This document shows positions 59,723-64,000 of a DNA stretch of 64,000 bases, piece after piece. The notes under the pieces are model-generated. The model ran no database searches, was not told the origin of the DNA, and saw only the letters and a program-made list of their open reading frames with translations. Each line of letters opens with the position of its first letter. The stretch's first letter is position 1. The stretch is from assembly GCA_030602785.1 (NCBI GenBank), contig JAUVZB010000002.1, positions 47,550 through 111,549 of the forward strand, in the 5' to 3' direction. The DNA comes from Dehalococcoidia bacterium (GTDB lineage Bacteria; Chloroflexota; Dehalococcoidia; GIF9; AB-539-J10). The position numbers and the translations under genes are program-made.

Positions 59723-61065
59723 CAGCCTTGAGGCTCCTGCTCAGCCCGGCGGGGTCGGCCCGCGCGCACGAACGTGAAATGCAGGGGGACGCCACGATAG
59801 CCGAACTTCCGCCGCATGTGGTGCTCCAGATACCGTTCATACGTAGTGGGCACGAGCGTTGGCTCGTTCACATGAAGAACGAAGGTCCAGGGGTTCTCCT
59901 CATCCTGGTGAGCCCAGATGACATTGAGCCTCCTCGTTCCGACGCGTGGAGGGGAGTGAAGCTCCACGGCCTCCCGTATCGCATTGTCCACCGTAGAGCG
60001 AGACAGCCGGCGTCCTCTCGACTGCCACACATCGAGGGCGCTCTGCAGAACCCGCCTCACGTTCGTACCTTCCTTCGCGGATATGTGCAGGACAGGAACA
60101 AACGACAGGAACGGGAGCCGGCGTTTCATCCAGTCCTTGTGCGTCTCACGGTACTCCGACGGCACCAGGTCCCATTTGTTCACCACGAGAACGAGTCCAC
60201 GGCCCGACTCGATGACATACCTTGCGATGTTGATGTCCTGCGCCGTAGCCGGATCGGTAGCATCAAGGACCAGGAGGGCAACGTCTGAGCGGTCGATAGC
60301 ATGAAGGGCACGGAGGACCGAGAAGTAGTCCACCCCGTAGTTGACACGGGAGCGCTTGCGTATTCCTGCCGTGTCGACAAGCACGAGTCGTCTGCCTTGC
60401 CACTCGAGGTCCGCGTCCAGGGAGTCCCTCGTCGTACCCGGTGTCTCATCGACGATCGCCCGCTCGTCGCCAAGCAATGCGTTGAGCAGAGTCGACTTGC
60501 CCGCATTAGGCCGGCCGACGATGGCCAGGCGCACGACACTGTCATCCACCTCCTCCGGAGGCCCCTGAGGAGGCAGCAATTGCACCACCGCGTCTTCGAG
60601 GTGACCCATGCCCCGGTTGTGAAGTGCACTCACGGGCACGACTTCTTCTATGCCCAGTCTATGGAACTCCGGCACAAGCGAGTCGCGTAGCGAAGTGTCG
60701 ATCTTGTTCACGGCCAGCACGGCGGGCTTTCCGGCAGCGCGCACAAGCGATGCAGCCTCCTCATCGGCCGCAATGACTCCGTCTGTCGCCGCGACCACGA
60801 GTATGACGACATCGGCCTGGGCGACTGCAAGCTCCGCCTGGCGCTTCACCTTGGACCCGATGGGCGAGTCCGCATCGACACCCCATCCTCCGGTGTCGAC
60901 AATAGTCAAGTCACGCCCCTGCCACGTCACGGGAAAGAACAGCCTGTCCCGGGTCACGTTCGGCTGGTCGTCGACAACGGCGTATCGAGCACCGACGATG
61001 CGATTGAGAAGCGTGGATTTGCCAACGTTGGTCCTGCCAACGAGAGCAACAACGGGTCTGGACAT
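59722..61065 (-). CDS. der: Ribosome biogenesis GTPase Der (EngA)
   Basis: Two G domains (GRTNVGKS, GRPNAGKS, DTGG/DTAG, NKID/NKWD) plus KH-like C-terminus. Confidence 0.96.
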   Translation of the reverse strand: MSRPVVALVGRTNVGKSTLLNRIVGARYAVVDDQPNVTRDRLFFPVTWQGRDLTIVDTGGWGVDADSPIGSKVKRQAELAVAQADVVILVVAATDGVIAADEEAASLVRAAGKPAVLAVNKIDTSLRDSLVPEFHRLGIEEVVPVSALHNRGMGHLEDAVVQLLPPQGPPEEVDDSVVRLAIVGRPNAGKSTLLNALLGDERAIVDETPGTTRDSLDADLEWQGRRLVLVDTAGIRKRSRVNYGVDYFSVLRALHAIDRSDVALLVLDATDPATAQDINIARYVIESGRGLVLVVNKWDLVPSEYRETHKDWMKRRLPFLSFVPVLHISAKEGTNVRRVLQSALDVWQSRGRRLSRSTVDNAIREAVELHSPPRVGTRRLNVIWAHQDEENPWTFVLHVNEPTLVPTTYERYLEHHMRRKFGYRGVPLHFTFVRAGRPRRAEQEPQG

Positions 61066-61077
61066 CAAAGCACCCCC

Positions 61078-62001
61078 TTAATCAGGGGCAAGGAGTATCT
61101 GCGCCAGCACAGCCTTCTGGATGTGCAGCCTGTTCTCTGCCTGGTCGAACACGATTGAGGCTGGCCCATTCAACACGTCTGAAGTGACCTCCTCGCCATG
61201 ATGCGCAGGGAGGCAATGCATGAATACCACGTCCTGCTTCGCCAGGGAGAGGAGAGGACCGTTGACCTGGTAGTCCTCAAACGCCCTGTGCCGGGCCCCA
61301 GCCTCTTCCTCCTGCCCCATACTTGCCCACGCATCAGTATACACAACATCAGCATCGCGGACAGCCTCGGCCGGGTCTCCTGTGACCACGACCTTGCTGC
61401 CACTGGCTGCGGCAAACGAACGGGCCCGCTTCACGGTGTCTTCGTCCAGTTGATAGCCCCCCGGTGACGCAATCGCAAACTCAACGCCCACCATCGCAGA
61501 TAGCAGGGCAAGACTGCGCGCCACATTGTTGCCGTCGCCGACGAATGCCAGTCGCAGTCCCTCGATGCGGCCCTTCTTCTCACGGATAGTCAGCAGGTCA
61601 GCAAGCGCCTGGCAAGGGTGCTCCACATTGGAGAGGGCATTGATGACCGAGACAGACGCGGATTGAGCCAGTGAGACCAGTGTCTGATGACTGAACACAC
61701 GGGCCACAATGCAGTCAACGTAGCGACTCAGTACACGCGCCACGTCGGGAACAGGCTCGCGCTTCCCCAGACCGACCTCCTGGGGTGAAAGATACACACA
61801 GTGGCCGCCCAGCTGGGCGACCGCAATCTCGAAGCTGACCCTTGTACGAAGCGAGGGCTTCTCGAACAAGAGCGCCACAGACCTCCACGGAAGAAGGCAG
61901 CGCATTTCGCCTTGCTTCATCACGAGGGCCTGCTCCACAAGCTGCTCGACCTCTCCGCGGCTGAGGTCAGCAACGGAGAGGAGGTCTTTCTTCACGGCCA
62001 T
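61078..62001 (-). CDS. argF: Ornithine carbamoyltransferase
   Basis: KPSLRTRVSF, HPCQALAD, GDGNNV, YTDAWASMG, MHCLP, QAENR. The start may be GTG at 61995. Confidence 0.96.
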   Translation of the reverse strand: MAVKKDLLSVADLSRGEVEQLVEQALVMKQGEMRCLLPWRSVALLFEKPSLRTRVSFEIAVAQLGGHCVYLSPQEVGLGKREPVPDVARVLSRYVDCIVARVFSHQTLVSLAQSASVSVINALSNVEHPCQALADLLTIREKKGRIEGLRLAFVGDGNNVARSLALLSAMVGVEFAIASPGGYQLDEDTVKRARSFAAASGSKVVVTGDPAEAVRDADVVYTDAWASMGQEEEAGARHRAFEDYQVNGPLLSLAKQDVVFMHCLPAHHGEEVTSDVLNGPASIVFDQAENRLHIQKAVLAQILLAPD

Positions 62002-62039
62002 TTAGTATAGCATGGCGTTCGAACGGTATAATGAGAGCG

Positions 62040-64000
62040 ATGCAACCGCCCCTGCTTCTCCTGGTCGACGGCAACGCCCTGATTCACCGCGCGTTCCATG
62101 CGCTCCCTCCTCTCACAACATCGAAGACGGGGGAGATGGTGAACGCAGTGTACGGGTTCACGAACACTCTACTGAAGGTGGTTGCCGACCAGAAGGCAAC
62201 GCACTGGGCCATCGCGTTCGACTATCCTGCGCCGACGTTCAGGCACAAGCTGTTTGACCAGTACAAGGCCCAGCGTCCACCCACACCCGAGGAACTCAGG
62301 AGTCAGATACGACGGGTCCATGAACTCGTCAGCGCGCTCGGTATGCCGGCTTTCGAAGTCGCCGGCTACGAGGCGGATGACATACTCGGGGCACTGGCGA
62401 TACAGTCCCGCAACCTCAACATGGAGGCAGCCATCCTCACGGGAGACCGCGACCTGCTGCAGATGGCAGGTCCGGGCATCAGCATACTGCTGCCCGGAAG
62501 GAACTTCAGTGAAGCCGCCTCGTACGACGCTGCTGCGGTCGAGGCTAGATTCGGAGTGTCGCCGGAGCAGTTCGCAGCCTACAAGGCGCTCGTCGGCGAC
62601 CCCTCCGACAACATCCCGGGAGTACAGGGAGTGGGCGACAAGACAGCAGTACGCCTTCTCACGCAGTTCAAGAGCCTCGAGGGAGTCTACGAGCACCTCG
62701 CGGAGGTCACCCCCCAGAGGCTGCAGGCAATCATGCTCTCTTCCGAAGCCCAAGCCTACTTGAGTCAGCGCCTGGCGACCATCATGACAGACGTCCCCGT
62801 GCAGCTCGCCCTTTCGGACTGCGCCATCGGAGAGTACAGCCCGGAGCAGGCGCGGAGCCTGTTCACGGAACTCGAGTTCACCCGCCTGCTGTCGCGCCTG
62901 CCGTCAGCCACCGGCGCAGACGCGCATCCGGAGGAACCCGCGCCCGCGCCAACGCAATCGAAAGTGCAAGTCGTGTCCGGTGCACAGGAAGAGCACGAGG
63001 TTCTTGAGAAGATTGCACACTCATCCGAGGCGGTCATATCCCTTGCGCTGGACGGCAATGAGCGGCGCCGCGCGCAGCGGGCACGCGCCGACGGCCCGAC
63101 GGAGGCGACAGCGCTCGGTGTCGCCGTGTCCGCAGGCAGGGGCCATACGTTCTATGTGCCGCTTGAACCGATGCCTTTCGGGCCGCTCGACCAGCTTGCC
63201 CTGGCACAACCGCCCGAATTCCTCGCCTCCATGCTTGGAAACGAGAAGCTCCACAAGATATGCGAGGACGCCAAAGTCTTCACAAGGCAACTGTCGCGGT
63301 ACGGTCTGACACTCAGAGGACTTGCTTTCGATATCTCTATCGCGGCACACCTTGCCGGAGAGAAGAACGTCTCGCTCCAGTCTCTTGCCCTGACCCGGCT
63401 GGGGCTATCGCTTCCAGACGCGCCGGATTCCGGGGGAGGGCTGGCCGCCGGAGACGACGACATCGCCCGATGGCTCGCTCAACGCTCCGACATATGCTGG
63501 GCGCTCAGAGAGCCCCTCGATGGCGAACTGGAGAAGAAAGGGCTTGGGCCACTGTTCCGAGACGTGGAACTGCCGCTCATCCCAGTCCTCGCGTCAATGG
63601 AAGAGAGCGGCATACTGATAGACACGGCCATGCTGCGAGAGATGTCTCGAAGACTGGCAGACGACCTCAAGAGACTGGAGGTCGGCATCTACAACGAAGT
63701 CGGGCACATGTTCAATGTCAACTCTCCCAAGCAACTCGGGAATGTCCTTTTCGACGAACTCGGACTACCGGGCGGGCGCAAGACCAAGGGAAGCTACTCA
63801 ACTGAGGCGGCTCTTCTGGAGACACTCAGAAATGCCAACCCCGTCATCGACCTCGTGCTGCAGTACAGGCAACTATCCAAATTGAAGTCGACCTACGTCG
63901 ACACGCTGCCCGCACTGGTGAACCCGAGGACGGGCAGGGTGCACACAGTGTTCAGTCAGACAGGAACAACGACAGGGCGTCTGTCGTCGAGCGAGCCGAA
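62040..64000 (+). CDS. polA: DNA polymerase I, 5' part (runs off window end)
   Basis: My translation gives MQPPLLLLVDGNALIHRAFHA..., YEADD, LVGDPSDNIPGV.GVG.KTA, FNVNSPKQL, KLKSTYVD, TTTGRLSS. Confidence 0.97.
   Translation, partial: MQPPLLLLVDGNALIHRAFHALPPLTTSKTGEMVNAVYGFTNTLLKVVADQKATHWAIAFDYPAPTFRHKLFDQYKAQRPPTPEELRSQIRRVHELVSALGMPAFEVAGYEADDILGALAIQSRNLNMEAAILTGDRDLLQMAGPGISILLPGRNFSEAASYDAAAVEARFGVSPEQFAAYKALVGDPSDNIPGVQGVGDKTAVRLLTQFKSLEGVYEHLAEVTPQRLQAIMLSSEAQAYLSQRLATIMTDVPVQLALSDCAIGEYSPEQARSLFTELEFTRLLSRLPSATGADAHPEEPAPAPTQSKVQVVSGAQEEHEVLEKIAHSSEAVISLALDGNERRRAQRARADGPTEATALGVAVSAGRGHTFYVPLEPMPFGPLDQLALAQPPEFLASMLGNEKLHKICEDAKVFTRQLSRYGLTLRGLAFDISIAAHLAGEKNVSLQSLALTRLGLSLPDAPDSGGGLAAGDDDIARWLAQRSDICWALREPLDGELEKKGLGPLFRDVELPLIPVLASMEESGILIDTAMLREMSRRLADDLKRLEVGIYNEVGHMFNVNSPKQLGNVLFDELGLPGGRKTKGSYSTEAALLETLRNANPVIDLVLQYRQLSKLKSTYVDTLPALVNPRTGRVHTVFSQTGTTTGRLSSSEP

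Overview
Bacterial chromosomal segment, GC-rich by eye and densely coding. Gene content and protein style suggest an anaerobic Chloroflexota, probably Dehalococcoidia-like (inference, no rRNA in the window). Most of it is housekeeping: eno, pth, secG, ispDF, radA, clpC, rsmD-coaD, proC, leuS, tkt-rpiB-pgi, rpe, hspR-clp, dnaJ, gpsA-plsY-der-argF and polA. The notable parts are: (1) a 13-gene, ~12 kb operon for a membrane-bound group 4 [NiFe]-hydrogenase with Mrp-like antiporter subunits, joined to an AsrAB/sulfhydrogenase-like flavin-NAD(P) module and an atypical molybdopterin-family subunit; (2) a 7-tRNA cluster whose last gene, tRNA-Leu(TAA), holds a ~2.3 kb decayed integrative islet with an att repeat, arm-like repeats, an integrase stub, an overlapping TumA/TumE-like toxin-antitoxin pair and an uncharacterised HEPN-like ORF; (3) a tandem duplication, period 1380 bp, of a whole promoter-gene-hairpin unit for an unknown 290-aa protein; (4) a small ORF with a structured leader; (5) REP/RAYT relics; (6) several apparently leaderless genes. 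All family calls are by motif recognition from memory. No database searches were run.
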